From positions 64,001 through 128,000 of the forward strand of contig JAXMNT010000005.1 of assembly GCA_034670305.1 (NCBI GenBank): a DNA stretch of 64,000 bases, written 5' to 3'. Positions 40,791-51,817 of this stretch are shown in pieces (within the stretch, counting starts at the first letter, position 1; every line of letters starts with the position of its first letter). The position numbers were made by a program, and so were the translations under genes. The stretch is from Deltaproteobacteria bacterium. Lineage in GTDB: Bacteria; Myxococcota_A; Polyangia; Polyangiales; Houyiibacteriaceae. The notes beneath the pieces were generated by a model. It saw only the letters and a list, made by a program, of their open reading frames with translations, had not been told where the DNA came from and made no database searches.

Positions 40791-41448
40791 ACAGGTCGTG
40801 GCGCGCCCGCACCAGGGCTTCGTAGTCGGAGCGGTCCATGTTCGCGACGGGCCTCAGCGCGACCCGTTCGCCGGCTGGGGTGATCAGGCTCGGAGGATCG
40901 CCCGGGACCACGGTCCAGTCGCCGCCGGAGAGCTCGATGTTGCAGCGCTCGCGGTGGTGGGAGAACGAGGTGCGTTCGTCGACCGTTCCGTCGGCGCGGT
41001 CGACGCGGATGTGCTCGTGGTGGAAGTTCTCGCCTTCGCCTTCCGCGCGCACATCGCCCCCGAGGTGGTAGCCGTCTTCCCGCCAGGTGAGCCCAGCGGT
41101 CAACGTGATGTCGCAGAGCCAGTCGTCGGTGCGGCCGCTCTCGCACAGGAACTCGAGCCGGCTCGTGACCGCGTCGTCTTCGAATCCGATCCGCCAGTGC
41201 ACGTGGTAGCAGGCGGGCATCTGCGCTTGGAGCGCGGCGACGACCTCGGTGGTGACGCCCTCGGAGGTGAACGAGACGATTTCGTACGCGTTCTGAATCG
41301 TCGGTGCGATGGGTTCGATCGACTGCGGCAGCTCGACCACCTCTTGTCCCTGCGTGGGCTCGGGGGCCGGTGGCGGCGGCGGACAGTCGGCGGCGCACCC
41401 GGCGGCGAAGATGAGAGCGGACGCGAGCAAAAGGCGGAGGGTCGTCAT
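40789..41448 (-). CDS. Hypothetical lipoprotein
   Basis: Lipobox FAAGC, Pro-rich linker. Confidence 0.75.
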   Translation of the reverse strand: MTTLRLLLASALIFAAGCAADCPPPPPAPEPTQGQEVVELPQSIEPIAPTIQNAYEIVSFTSEGVTTEVVAALQAQMPACYHVHWRIGFEDDAVTSRLEFLCESGRTDDWLCDITLTAGLTWREDGYHLGGDVRAEGEGENFHHEHIRVDRADGTVDERTSFSHHRERCNIELSGGDWTVVPGDPPSLITPAGERVALRPVANMDRSDYEALVRARHDL

Positions 41449-41492
41449 CGCCGGACTGTCTCAAACCGCGGCGATTGCGTCGACTGCCGGCG

Positions 41493-42914
41493 CTACTCGC
41501 CGACGCGGCGGTAGGTCGTGTCGTAGAGGCGGATGCGGTTTCCGCCGAACACCCGGACGCTCAACACACCGCAGGCGTCGACGCGGAACGGGACGATCGT
41601 GCGGGGGAACATGCCTTCGGTGTTCGACTGGGTGACCGAGCCGACTTCCATTCCGTCGATGAACACGGTGAAGGTCCAGGTGCCGCGGGCGCCCCAGAAG
41701 AACTCCGCTTCGTATGCGCCAGGCGGGAGCGGCGCGCGCGGGCCGTCGCTGATCACCGCACAGGAAGGCGTGCCGGCGCTGGCCACGTAACACCAATCGT
41801 CCGGTGCACAGGCGCTGCCGCACTCGTGCGTGTAGAGCATCGAGTCGGGGTTGATGGAGATCGTGTCGACTTCGAACTCGCCGCACGCGCTCTGTCCGCA
41901 ACCCGACGGGTTGCATCGGCGCACGCCGGGGAAGATGCCGCACGCGGTGCACCGGGTGGTCGAGCCGGGGAAACACAGCGTCTCGGACGCGCCGTCGCAG
42001 TCGTCGTCGAGTCCGTTGCAGCGTTCCGGTGCGCCTGGGTAGATCAGCGGATCGCCGTCGTCGCAGTCGCTCTCGAGATCGCACCCGGCCGGCGAGCTCG
42101 GCGGGAAGCCATCGCCGTCGCCGTCCTCCAAGAACGACGCGCAGCCGTCCTCGCCGCACATGTCGCTGGTGCATGCGTCGCCGTCGTCGCACGCGTCGTC
42201 GTCCGGATCGAACACGCAGCCGAGCCCCGGCTCGCAGCGATCGATCGTGCAGGAGAGGTCGTCGCCGCAGCGGCCATCTCGGGGCAGGAACTCGCAGCCG
42301 TCGGCACGGCAGCGGTTCACCGTGCAGTCGAATCCGTCGTCGCACCGCTCGTCGATCGTCTCGCTCTCGCAGCGACCGGTGTCCGGATCGCAACGGTCCT
42401 CGGTGCAGTCCACCGAGTCGTCGCACCTGGGCGGCTCGCCAAGCTGGCACACACCGGTCGCGCGGTCGCAGGTCTCCTCGCCGTTGCAGAGATCTCCGTC
42501 TTCGCACTCGCGGTCGTTGCGACACCCGATGTCCACGCAGCCGCGCACCGGGTCGCAGGTCGCGTCTCCGGCGCAGAGTCCGTCGTCCGGATCGAACACG
42601 CAGCCGTCGTCTTCGCAGGTGTCCACCGTGCAGGGCACGCCGTCGTCGCACCCATCGGGACAGGGACCCGCGTCCATGCCCGCGTCGGACCCGCCCGTGT
42701 CGCGGCCGCCGGTGTCGAAGCCACCCGTGTCGAGCAGCGGGGTGTCGGGCAGGGCGCCGTCCGGCAACCGAGCATCCACACCGCCGCCGTCCACGCCGCC
42801 GACATCGCTCCCCGAGCCGAGCAACGACTCGTCCGGATCGATGATCGCACTGCACCCCGCCAGCGCCGAAGCCAACACAAGTCCAGCCGCCCGCACCCAA
42901 GCACACTCACCCAT
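41493..42914 (-). CDS. Cys-rich surface lipoprotein with CDDG..CTxDxC repeats and a MopE-like metal-binding motif
   Basis: Lipobox LAGC, repeats, DCDD...IYPGAPERCNGLDDDCDG. Confidence 0.8.
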   Translation of the reverse strand: MGECAWVRAAGLVLASALAGCSAIIDPDESLLGSGSDVGGVDGGGVDARLPDGALPDTPLLDTGGFDTGGRDTGGSDAGMDAGPCPDGCDDGVPCTVDTCEDDGCVFDPDDGLCAGDATCDPVRGCVDIGCRNDRECEDGDLCNGEETCDRATGVCQLGEPPRCDDSVDCTEDRCDPDTGRCESETIDERCDDGFDCTVNRCRADGCEFLPRDGRCGDDLSCTIDRCEPGLGCVFDPDDDACDDGDACTSDMCGEDGCASFLEDGDGDGFPPSSPAGCDLESDCDDGDPLIYPGAPERCNGLDDDCDGASETLCFPGSTTRCTACGIFPGVRRCNPSGCGQSACGEFEVDTISINPDSMLYTHECGSACAPDDWCYVASAGTPSCAVISDGPRAPLPPGAYEAEFFWGARGTWTFTVFIDGMEVGSVTQSNTEGMFPRTIVPFRVDACGVLSVRVFGGNRIRLYDTTYRRVGE

Positions 42915-42999
42915 GCCGCCCAGTGTGCCCCGACCGGCGGTGAGTTGCGAACGCACGCAACGAGCGCAACGAACCACGCGCTCAGGCGTATGCTGGTGC

Positions 43000-43878
43000 A
43001 TGTTCGAGACATTGCAGGCTGCGGTGGACATTCTTCGGCAGAGCCGGGGGCTTCGGGAGACGGCGGCGGCTTTGGTGCCCGCGCTCCGGGAGCGGCGGGT
43101 GCTCAACCTGGCTGCGCTGCCCGAGGTCGACGAGGGTGGCGCCGTGCGGGCGCTTCGACGGGCGCGCAACGAACTGAAGGGGCACCTGTCGGATGGCAAG
43201 TTCGACTACGCGTCGGTGCGATCGAGCGGCGCGTACGCGCGGCTGCAGGCGCTTGCGCCGGTGCTGCGGGAGACGACGCCCGAGGACCTGCCGACCGACG
43301 CCGATCGCATCGCGTTCTTCTTGAACGTCTACAACGTGCTCGCGCTGCACGGCGTGATCGCGCTCGACATCCAGAAGTCCGTGATGGAGGTGCCGGCGTT
43401 CTTCGACATCGTGGCCTACGACATCGGTGACGCCGTTCTGTCTCTGAACGAAATGGAGAATGGGGTGCTGCGCCTCAACGCGGGTCACCCAGCGACGGGG
43501 CGACCGACGCTCCCCGCGGACCACCCCGGACATGGCTTCGCGCCTTCGTACGTGGAGCCGCGCATCCATGCGTCGCTCGTGTGCGCATCGACCAGCTGCC
43601 CCGCGGTCGGCTTCTACGATCCGGAACACCTGGAGGCGCAGTTGGACCTGGCGACGCGTCATTGGGTGAACGCGGACGTGCGGGTGGTGGGCGGCGAACT
43701 GCACTTGCCAGCGATGTTCCGCTGGTACGAGGCGGACTTCGGTGGCGGCAAGGCCGGGGTCGAAGCGTTCGTGCTGCACCACGCCGACCCACCTCTGCGT
43801 GATGCGATCGACCGCGCCATCCACGCCGGCGCCCGCCACCGACACACCCGCTACGACTGGTCGCTCAACCGGCTCTGA
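43000..43878 (+). CDS. DUF547 domain protein
   Basis: AFFLNVYN, SLNEMENGVLR, EPRIH.SLVCAS.SCP, F.WY..DF, YDWSLN. Confidence 0.85.
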   Translation: MFETLQAAVDILRQSRGLRETAAALVPALRERRVLNLAALPEVDEGGAVRALRRARNELKGHLSDGKFDYASVRSSGAYARLQALAPVLRETTPEDLPTDADRIAFFLNVYNVLALHGVIALDIQKSVMEVPAFFDIVAYDIGDAVLSLNEMENGVLRLNAGHPATGRPTLPADHPGHGFAPSYVEPRIHASLVCASTSCPAVGFYDPEHLEAQLDLATRHWVNADVRVVGGELHLPAMFRWYEADFGGGKAGVEAFVLHHADPPLRDAIDRAIHAGARHRHTRYDWSLNRL

Positions 43879-43904
43879 GCGTTGCCGGTCTCGGAGGCGG
43901 ACGA

Positions 43905-44056
43905 GATCGCATCGGCATCGGCTTCGGGATCGGCTTCGGCTTCGGCTTCGGCTTCGGCTTCGGGATCGGCTTCGGGATCGGCTTCGCAATCGGGATCGGC
44001 TTCGAGAGCCAGAGGGCAAGGGCACGGGCAAGGGCACGGGCAAGGGCGGGGGCACG
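43905..44056. repeat. (TCGGCT/TCGGGA)n plus (GGGCAA/GGGCAC)n tract
   Basis: Directly visible. Confidence 0.9.
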
Positions 44057-44099
44057 CACCACGGCTTGACGGCGCGGTTGGCGTGGCGCACTTTCCTCT

Positions 44100-44275
44100 C
44101 GCGTATCGAGTCTCCTACGGGAGACCGGCCTCGGGAGAGACAACCTGAGGTCGAACGGGGAAGCCGGTGAAAGACCGGCGCGGACCCGCCACGGTAAGTG
44201 GACCTCCTCATGGAGGTTCCACGAGCCCGACACCCACTCGAAAGCGCGCTCCCTCACACGCCTCGGGGATGGCGA
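44100..44275 (+). promoter_or_regulatory. Cobalamin riboswitch (compact type)
   Basis: AACGGGGAAGCCGGTGAAAGACCGGCGCGGACCCGCCACGGTAA core, B12-box-like GAGCCCGACACCC, P1 TCGAGT/ACTCGA; upstream of a TonB receptor. Confidence 0.85.
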
Positions 44276-44335
44276 TCGGGACCGTCGGTCTCATGAGCCG
44301 AGTGCGGTCCGGGTCCTCGAGTCGGGACCCGATCG

Positions 44336-46636
44336 ATGACCCCCCGCACCCTCCTGCCGATTCTGTGGATCGCTGTCGCACTGTTTGGTGCGCGGGCCGT
44401 GGTGCAGGCGCAGCCGGAACCGGAAGCGGAAGCGGCAGCGGGAGCGGGAGCGGAAGCCGACGCCGACGCCGAAGCCGACGCCGAAGCCGAAGCCGAAGCC
44501 GACGCCGACGCCGACGCCGAAGCCGAAGCCGACGCCGAAGCCGACGCCGAAGCCGACGCCGACGCCGACGCCGAAGCCGAAGCCGAAGCCGACGCCGAAG
44601 CCGACGCCGAAGCCGACGCCGACGCCGAAGCCGAAGCCGACGCCGAAGCCGAATCCGAAGCCGACGCCGAAGCCGACGCCGAAGCCGAAGCCGATCCCGA
44701 TTCCCACGCTGCCTTCGGGGCCAGCGCCGTCGTCTCGGTGCCGAGTGAGGTGGATGCGACGGCGGCGTCGACGGTGGTGTCTGCGCGGGATCGGGTGGCG
44801 GCGGATGCGCAGCTGGAGGAGTTGCTGTTCGAAGTGCCCGGCGCGCATGTGATGCAGACCGGTGGGCTTGGATCGTTCCGCTCGTTGGCGCTTCGCGGCG
44901 GTGAACTCGGGCACACCCAGTTGGTGCTGGGCGACGTGCCGCTCACCGGGCCGGACACCGGCTTTCCGGATCTCTCCGTCTTTCCGCTCGACGCGTTCGA
45001 TCGCATCCAGGTCTACCGTGGGGGCGCGCCGGTCGCGCTCGGATCCGGCGCGATCGGTGGCGTGCTTCGGTTGATGCCGCGCGACGATCGGGCCCAGGCG
45101 CTGCGGCTCTCGGTGTCGGGTGGTTCGTTCGGATCGTGGCGGGTCGACAGCTCGGCCAGCGTGCGTGCGGGACGCACCCACTTCACCGGCGCGGTCGGCA
45201 TGCGCGGCAGCCGAGGCGACTACCCCTACCTGGACGACAACGCGACCGCGTTCGATCCGAGCGACGACACCGAGCGACGACGCGCCAACGCGGAAGCGAC
45301 CGCCGGGCACGTGCTCCTGCACAGCACCACGCAACTGCGGAACAACACAGAGGTCGACGCGATGGTGCTCGCTACCTCGCTGCAAACCGGCGTGCCCGGC
45401 GCCGGCGCGACGCGTGCGCTCGACGCCCAACGCAGCGACGTTCGGCTGACCGGTTCGCTCGGCGTGCGGCACACCGTGGGCCCCGCGCGCTTTCACTGGA
45501 TGGCGGCGAGCGGGACGCGGCGGCACCGCTTCACCGATCTGCACAGCGAGGTCGGCGCGGGGTTTCAATCCACCGACGACCGCACCCGCTTCGGCATTCT
45601 ACGCGGCACCGCGCTGGTTCGGCTCGCGCCTTACCTCGACTCGACCGCGCTCGTCTCGTACCGGCGCGATGGGTACCGGCCGGAGAACACCCTCGGTCCG
45701 GACGAACGCCCATCGCACCGAGACACGATCGCGGGCGCCGCCGAGCTGCGCCTGCACGGACCCCTCGGCCGGTGGCGGTTCGAGCTTCGGCCCTCGACGC
45801 GGATCGAACACAGCCGCACCCGCGCACGCGAACACGTACCCGGGTTGCCACAGCGAAGCTTCGACCTCGACGTCACCCGACCGACCTTCCGCGTCGGCGC
45901 CGCGATCGCGCCGACGCATGGTGTGCGCTTCGTGGCGAGCGTGTCCCAGGGCACCCGGCTGCCATCGCTGCTCGAACTCTTTGGCGATCGCGGCGCGCTG
46001 GTCGGCAACGGGGAACTCTCGCCCGAGCGCGGCCGCACCGTGGACGGCGGCGTGTTGCTCCGCGGCGCCAAAGGGCCGGTGTTCGGGAGCCTCGAGGCGC
46101 GCGGCTTCCGGCTCGATCTCGAAGACCTGATCCGCTACCGGCCGATCACCAACTTCACCGCCAAAGCGCAGAACATCCTCTCCGCTTCGGTGCGCGGACT
46201 CGAGATGGGCACCCGCGGCAGCATCGGGTCCCGCACCGCCTCGTTCGGATTGAGCAGCACCCTGACTTGGCTGCGCAGCGAGACGAACTCTGGCGCCGAG
46301 CTCAACTGGCGGCCGCGGCTGCGCGCGCAAGTGCAACCCGAACTGCGCCTGAGCAGCACCGAGAGCGGACCGAACCGCTGGCGCTTCGTCGTGTTCGGTT
46401 CGCTTGTGCACCGCGGCACCTACTTCCACGACCCGGCCAACCTCGTCTCGATCGAAGCGCGCAACTGGCTCGGTGCCGGCGCGCGCGTCGAACTGACCCG
46501 CCCGAGCGGCACCTGGTCGCTCGCGTTGAGCGCCCGCGACCTGCTCGACCAGCGCGGCCAAGACCTCCTCGGCTTCCCCCTTCCCGGCCGGCGGTTCTCC
46601 GCCGAGGTCGGCTATCGACTCCCCCTCTCCCCCTAG
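44336..46636 (+). CDS. TonB-dependent receptor, probably a cobalamin (BtuB-like) importer
   Basis: Signal peptide, plug motifs (VPGAHV, LRGG, IQVYRGG, GAIGGVL), C-terminal GFPLPGR; riboswitch upstream. Confidence 0.85.
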   Translation: MTPRTLLPILWIAVALFGARAVVQAQPEPEAEAAAGAGAEADADAEADAEAEAEADADADAEAEADAEADAEADADADAEAEAEADAEADAEADADAEAEADAEAESEADAEADAEAEADPDSHAAFGASAVVSVPSEVDATAASTVVSARDRVAADAQLEELLFEVPGAHVMQTGGLGSFRSLALRGGELGHTQLVLGDVPLTGPDTGFPDLSVFPLDAFDRIQVYRGGAPVALGSGAIGGVLRLMPRDDRAQALRLSVSGGSFGSWRVDSSASVRAGRTHFTGAVGMRGSRGDYPYLDDNATAFDPSDDTERRRANAEATAGHVLLHSTTQLRNNTEVDAMVLATSLQTGVPGAGATRALDAQRSDVRLTGSLGVRHTVGPARFHWMAASGTRRHRFTDLHSEVGAGFQSTDDRTRFGILRGTALVRLAPYLDSTALVSYRRDGYRPENTLGPDERPSHRDTIAGAAELRLHGPLGRWRFELRPSTRIEHSRTRAREHVPGLPQRSFDLDVTRPTFRVGAAIAPTHGVRFVASVSQGTRLPSLLELFGDRGALVGNGELSPERGRTVDGGVLLRGAKGPVFGSLEARGFRLDLEDLIRYRPITNFTAKAQNILSASVRGLEMGTRGSIGSRTASFGLSSTLTWLRSETNSGAELNWRPRLRAQVQPELRLSSTESGPNRWRFVVFGSLVHRGTYFHDPANLVSIEARNWLGAGARVELTRPSGTWSLALSARDLLDQRGQDLLGFPLPGRRFSAEVGYRLPLSP

Positions 46637-46655
46637 CGCTCCAAAGAACGAATCC

Positions 46656-48056
46656 ATGAACAAGCTTCTCTGCTCCCTCCTTTGTGTAGGCCTGCTCGCC
46701 GGTTGTGGCGACGACGACTCGACGACCCTCGACGCGGGCACCGACGCCATGGTCGCCGACGCACCCGAGACGCCGGACGCGAACACCGACACCGGACCCA
46801 TGCCCGACGGGGGATCGGACGCCGGCACCGACGCGGGCCCGAGCGCCTGCGAAGCCGCCGAGTCCGTGCTCGACCCGCTCTCCGGCACCCCGCGCTTTGC
46901 GGTGCTCGGCAGCGACTACACCAGCACCTCGATCGCCATCCTGGACGACGCCGGCGACGTGCTCGACGACGCCTGGCTCGACTCCGGCACGACCGCACCC
47001 GGTCTCGTCGCGGCGCTCGGCGGAGACGTGGTGTTGCCCGGCCAGGCGCCCGGCACCCTGACGGTACTCGACCGCTTCGGGGCCGACGTCGTCTCCCGCT
47101 TCTGCTTCAACGGCAACCTCCTTGGCCAGGTCCGCCTCGGGCCGGGCGAAGGCTTCAGCGCCAACCCGCACGACGTCGGCATGTTCGAAGGCGGCGCCAC
47201 CGCCTGGGCCACGCGCCACGAGCGCAACGCCGACCGCGACGCGGCGGACCTCGGCAACGATCTGATCGAGTTCGATCCCACCGCGCTCACCCGGCTCGAA
47301 GGCCGGGTCGCGTTCGACGAGTTCGACGCGGTCGTCACCGGACGCACCACCGAAGGCGCCGACGTCGACGTGCAGATCCGCGCGCGGCCGAGCGGCATCG
47401 CAGCCGCCGGTGGACGACTCGTCGTCGGCCTCTCGCTCCTCCCGGAGAACCTCTTCGGCGACGACCGTGGACATGGCGCCGGCGCCGTCGCCGTCGTCGA
47501 CATCGCCGGCACCATCGAGCGCGTCGACCTCGCGCCACTCGCCGACTGCGGCGTGGTCTTGCCGGTGCCCGGCACCCTCGACGAAGTGATCGTCGCCTGC
47601 AACGGCTACAGCGACGCGGGCTTCGGCGAAGAGACCGGCACCCGCGCGACGGCCGGCCTCGTGCGGCTTCGAGTCGGCGCGGAGGGCACCACCGAAGTCG
47701 ACCGCTGGGACGCCGAGTCCGACGAGTTCTCCGCCCTCTCGACCTGGTCCCCGATCCCGCTCGGTGGCCCGTTCGTGCTCGCGATCGCGCTGCCCGACTT
47801 CGCCAGCACCTTCGTGGATGAGCTCTACCTCGTGAACGTAGCCACCGGGACCCAGACCCTCGCGTTCGAAGCCGACGGTGCGTTCGTGCTCGGCCAAGGC
47901 GCGCTGGCCGGCACGCTCGTCCTGCTTCCCGACGCCACCGAAGACGCCGCCACCGTCCACCGCCTCACCTGGGACGGCAGCACCCTGACGGAGACCGCGT
48001 CGGTCGACGTCGGCCCCGCCTCCCTCCCGCCCCGAAGCGTGATCGCACTGCAGTAG
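46656..48056 (+). CDS. Acidic beta-propeller-like lipoprotein co-transcribed with the TonB receptor
   Basis: Lipobox LLAGC, SDY, NPHD motif; 19 bp after the receptor. Confidence 0.7.
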   Translation: MNKLLCSLLCVGLLAGCGDDDSTTLDAGTDAMVADAPETPDANTDTGPMPDGGSDAGTDAGPSACEAAESVLDPLSGTPRFAVLGSDYTSTSIAILDDAGDVLDDAWLDSGTTAPGLVAALGGDVVLPGQAPGTLTVLDRFGADVVSRFCFNGNLLGQVRLGPGEGFSANPHDVGMFEGGATAWATRHERNADRDAADLGNDLIEFDPTALTRLEGRVAFDEFDAVVTGRTTEGADVDVQIRARPSGIAAAGGRLVVGLSLLPENLFGDDRGHGAGAVAVVDIAGTIERVDLAPLADCGVVLPVPGTLDEVIVACNGYSDAGFGEETGTRATAGLVRLRVGAEGTTEVDRWDAESDEFSALSTWSPIPLGGPFVLAIALPDFASTFVDELYLVNVATGTQTLAFEADGAFVLGQGALAGTLVLLPDATEDAATVHRLTWDGSTLTETASVDVGPASLPPRSVIALQ

Positions 48057-48057
48057 G

Positions 48058-48248
48058 ATCGGCGTCCGCCTCCGTGTCCGGCGTCGGCCTCGGCGTCGGC
48101 CTCGTCGGCGTCGGCCTCGTCGGCTTCGGCGTCGACTTCGGCGTCGGCGTCGGCTTCGGCGTCGGTGTCGGCGTCGGCGTCGGCCTCGGCCTCGGCGTCG
48201 GATTCGGCCTCAGCGTCGGCCTCGGCCTCGGCGTCCGCATCCGCGTCC
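48058..48248. repeat. (TCGGCG/TCGGCC)n tract
   Basis: Directly visible. Confidence 0.9.
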
Positions 48249-48380
48249 CGTTCCGGCCGTGTCACCGGGACGGGGTTTGGGGCTGTGCCCCCAAGGAATG
48301 TTCCCGCCTGTTTGTTGGTTTGAATCGGACACTGTTTGTGGACTTTCGCGCATTGCGCGCGGGCGCTACACTGGGTGGTC

Positions 48381-49862
48381 ATGGGGATCGAAGCAGCGCT
48401 TCGGAGGCGGTCGACGTCGTCCGACATCGCGCTGGTGCACGGCGAAGTGTCGTGGACCTTTGCGCAACTCTTCGAGCAGGCCTCGCAGTGGGCGGAGATC
48501 CTCACCGCCCGAGGCGTCGACGCAGGCGATCGGGTGCTGCTGCACACCACCAAGCAACTCGACACCGTCGCGGCGCTCTACGGCATCTGGCAGGCCGGTG
48601 CGGTGGCCGTCCCGATGGCGCCTGACACCCGCGCCCGGGGACGTGCGCACCTGCACGCGAACTCCGGTGCCTCCCACATCGTGACGGAAGAACGCTACCG
48701 CACGCTGTGGCCGGACGCGCTGCTCCTGGAACACCGCGACGAGTACACCCGCACCGCCGTGGTCGAAGCGCACGCGGCCGACGCGAACGCGGGCCTGGCC
48801 ATTCTGCTCTACACGAGTGGCTCGACCGGGCGGCCGAAGGGCATCGCGATCACCCACGACAACCTGATCGCTGGGGCGCGCATCGTATCGGGCTACCTCG
48901 AGCTCACGGCAGCGGACCGGATTCTCTCCGTGTTGCCGCTGCACTTCGACTACGGACTCAATCAGCTTCTGTGCGCCGTCGAGGTCGGGTGCGCCCTCGT
49001 CCTTCAACGCAGCAGTCACCCCGGCCGGATCGTGCAAACATTGGTGGACGCCGAGATCAGTGTGCTCGCCGGCGTGCCACCACTGTGGCACCTGCTGCTC
49101 CAACCCGGTTCACCGATCGCCGACGCGCCCCTGCGGCTCCTCACCAACAGCGGCGGCGCGTTCCCCGCCAAGCTGCTCGCGACCACGCAGCGGGTGCTTC
49201 CCAAGAGCGCACTCGTGCTCATGTACGGGCTGACCGAAGCGTTCCGCTCGACCTACCTTCCGCCGGGCGAACTCGCGAGCCGGGGGCCGATCCTCGGGCG
49301 CGCGATCCCCGAGACCGAGATCGATGTGGTCGACGGCGAAGGCCGGCGGTGTCCGCCCGGCGTGGAGGGGGAGCTCATTCACCGCGGCCCCACCGTCGCG
49401 CGCGGTTACCACGACGATCCCGATGCGACGGCGCGGGTGTTCCGAGAAGATCCTCTCGGCCGCGGGGGCACCGTCGTCTTCAGCGGCGACACCGTCTGGT
49501 GCGACGAAGACGGCTACTTCACCTACGTCGGACGGCGCGATCAACAGCTCCAATGTTTCGCGCAACGGGTCTGCCCGGAGGAGGTCGAGCAGGTGCTGCT
49601 CACCCATCCACGCGTGGAAGAAGCCGTGGTCGGTGGTGTCCCGAGCGAGGTCGCCGGCACCCGGGTGGTCGCCCACGTGGTCGCAGTGCCGCTCGATGAA
49701 GAAGCGCTGCTCGACTGGTGCCGAGAGGTGCTGCCGCCGCATGAGCAGCCCCTGGCCATCGTGGTGCACCGCGCCTTTCCGACCACGCGCAGCGGCAAGA
49801 CCGATCGGGCCGCGGTGCTCGAGACGCCGCTGCCGGCGCCGAAGGTCCCGGGGTTCCATTGA
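48381..49862 (+). CDS. AMP-binding enzyme (acyl-CoA ligase-like)
   Basis: YTSGSTGRPKG, PLHFDYG, MYGLTEAFRS, SGD, SGKTDR. Confidence 0.88.
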   Translation: MGIEAALRRRSTSSDIALVHGEVSWTFAQLFEQASQWAEILTARGVDAGDRVLLHTTKQLDTVAALYGIWQAGAVAVPMAPDTRARGRAHLHANSGASHIVTEERYRTLWPDALLLEHRDEYTRTAVVEAHAADANAGLAILLYTSGSTGRPKGIAITHDNLIAGARIVSGYLELTAADRILSVLPLHFDYGLNQLLCAVEVGCALVLQRSSHPGRIVQTLVDAEISVLAGVPPLWHLLLQPGSPIADAPLRLLTNSGGAFPAKLLATTQRVLPKSALVLMYGLTEAFRSTYLPPGELASRGPILGRAIPETEIDVVDGEGRRCPPGVEGELIHRGPTVARGYHDDPDATARVFREDPLGRGGTVVFSGDTVWCDEDGYFTYVGRRDQQLQCFAQRVCPEEVEQVLLTHPRVEEAVVGGVPSEVAGTRVVAHVVAVPLDEEALLDWCREVLPPHEQPLAIVVHRAFPTTRSGKTDRAAVLETPLPAPKVPGFH

Positions 49863-49978
49863 CGTTGCAAGAGGGGTCGCACGTGTGGGCGACGGGGCTC
49901 GAACCGCAGGAGCGTTTCGATCGCCGCCGCCAGGTGAAGTCGTGCTTCCGACTCGGTCGCCACCGCACGGCCTGAACG

Positions 49979-51409
49979 TCAGCGTTTGCCCGCGCGCATC
50001 GTGCGAAGGATCCGATCGACCGTGTCGCGTTCGTCGTCGAGCTGCGCGTCCTCGAGCACCTGTCGATCGAACCGCAGGTAGCGCCGGGCTTCTTGGAGCT
50101 GTGCGATCGCCCGATCTTGCTGACCGGCCTCCCAAGCCGTGAGTCCGACCCGCAGCCGCTCGCCGTACGACACCAATGCGTAGGCCAGGTAGGCGCCGTG
50201 CGATGGGAAGTCGGCGATCGCATCCGGCCGCAGGCTTCGGTGCTGCGTGCGCCGTTCCCCCGCGTAGCGCTGCCCGCTCTCGGGCAGGCGGTAGGAGAAA
50301 CGAATCGTCGCGTCGGCGTGCAGCGCTGCGTCGGAGCCCGGCACCGTGGGCGCGAGCCGCACCACCGCGCCCCGCCGAATCGGATCGAAGAACACGGTGG
50401 ACGCGCGGAACGTGGCGCTGCCATCCGGATGGAGCGACACCCGATCCCCCGGCACGCCGAACACCTCGGCGACGCGCAGACCGGGGCCCGGCTCGACCCG
50501 CACCTGTAGCCCGAGCGCCACCGGCATCACGAAACGCCGCAGATCCGAGAAGAGCGCCGCCGCGTCTTCGGGCCGCCAGAGGTAGTAGGACGCCGCGCCC
50601 TCCACCTGCGCCATCGTGTTGGCGAGCTCTGCGCCGAGATCGAGCCCCACGCCCACGACTGTCAGCCCGATGCTCTGCGCCGCGTGCGCGCCGATGAGCT
50701 CCAAGAAGTCGCCGCCTTCGGTGGCGCCCACGTTCGGTCGTTCGTCGGTCAACATCAGCACGCGCCGCAAACGCGGCAGCGCGTCGACCTCCGCCGCCCG
50801 CACCTGCGCGAACCCGAGCGAGAGCCCATCGTAGACGTTGGTGCCGCCGCGGATCTCGATGCCCTCCACCGCCTCGTGCAACTGCGCGCGATCGTCGACC
50901 GGCTGGGAAGGCGCGTGCACTTCGGCCTGCTCGTCGAAGGTCACGATCGAAAGCCGGTCCTCCGCATGCAGCGCGTCGATGAGCACGTGCGCCGCCTCTT
51001 TGGCCGCGTCGAGTTTCCACCCCTGCATCGATCCGGAGCGATCGACGACGAGCACCAGATCGAGGAGCGGCCGCTCGGTCGTCTCTGGATCGAACCCGCT
51101 GACCGGCTCGACCACCAGGTAGGCCGACTGTTCTCCGCTCGGCCGGTGCTGCCCATGCCCCATCGCACCGAGCACGCAGAAGCGACTCCCACACCGCTGG
51201 TCGCGCGCTGGGAAGTGGTGCTCGGCCAAGAGCCCCTCGATGTGGAACGCGTTGCTCGCAGGCACGTACCCCTCGGCCGCCTGCGCCCGCACGAGCGCGT
51301 CGTTGCTCCACCCACCGAAGCCGTCCTGCGCCTCCGCGAGCGGCGGCGCTCCGACCGCGAGCAAGAGCGCCGCTGCCCCCACCGCGACTCGGATCGCCCC
51401 ACGATTCAC
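49979..51409 (-). CDS. Secreted vWA domain protein (YfbK-like)
   Basis: Signal peptide, DRSGSM, GGTN, LTDERPN. Confidence 0.85.
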   Translation of the reverse strand: MNRGAIRVAVGAAALLLAVGAPPLAEAQDGFGGWSNDALVRAQAAEGYVPASNAFHIEGLLAEHHFPARDQRCGSRFCVLGAMGHGQHRPSGEQSAYLVVEPVSGFDPETTERPLLDLVLVVDRSGSMQGWKLDAAKEAAHVLIDALHAEDRLSIVTFDEQAEVHAPSQPVDDRAQLHEAVEGIEIRGGTNVYDGLSLGFAQVRAAEVDALPRLRRVLMLTDERPNVGATEGGDFLELIGAHAAQSIGLTVVGVGLDLGAELANTMAQVEGAASYYLWRPEDAAALFSDLRRFVMPVALGLQVRVEPGPGLRVAEVFGVPGDRVSLHPDGSATFRASTVFFDPIRRGAVVRLAPTVPGSDAALHADATIRFSYRLPESGQRYAGERRTQHRSLRPDAIADFPSHGAYLAYALVSYGERLRVGLTAWEAGQQDRAIAQLQEARRYLRFDRQVLEDAQLDDERDTVDRILRTMRAGKR

Positions 51410-51499
51410 TTCACTGCCTTCGACCTGCCCACGCATCCGTCACCTCCAGGAAGGGAGGTGGGACGCACGAGGACCGCGACGGATCTATTCCGAGATGTT

Positions 51500-51708
51500 G
51501 GCGGCTTCGGGCTCGGCCTCGGGATCGGGGTCGGGGTCGGGGTCGGCTTCGGGTTCGGCTTCGGGATCGGGATCGGCTTCGGCTTCGCCTTCGGCTTCGG
51601 GATCGGGATCGGGATCTTCGGATACGACTTCCGGCTTCCTTCAAACACCAAAGGGCAAGGGCAGGGGCAAGGGCAGGGGCAAGGGCAGGGCAGGGCAGGG
51701 GCAAGGGA
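51500..51708. repeat. (TCGGSN)n plus (GGGCAA/GGGCAG)n tract
   Basis: Directly visible. Confidence 0.9.
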
Positions 51709-51772
51709 CGTCCTCTCGACAGAAAAAGTTCGGGGTCCCCCGAGACATGTCACACCCCAGCCCTACTCTGGC

Positions 51773-51800
51773 TTGACGCTGCTCGTTTGTTCAGTACCTT
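51773..51800 (+). promoter_or_regulatory. Sigma70-like promoter with a Myxococcus-type LexA box between -35 and -10
   Basis: TTGACG (51773-78), CTGCTCGTTTGTTCAG (51779-94), TACCTT (51795-800); close to the M. xanthus consensus CTRHAMRYBYGTTCAGS. Confidence 0.75.
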
Positions 51801-51817
51801 GAGAGAGGGTGCCAGCC

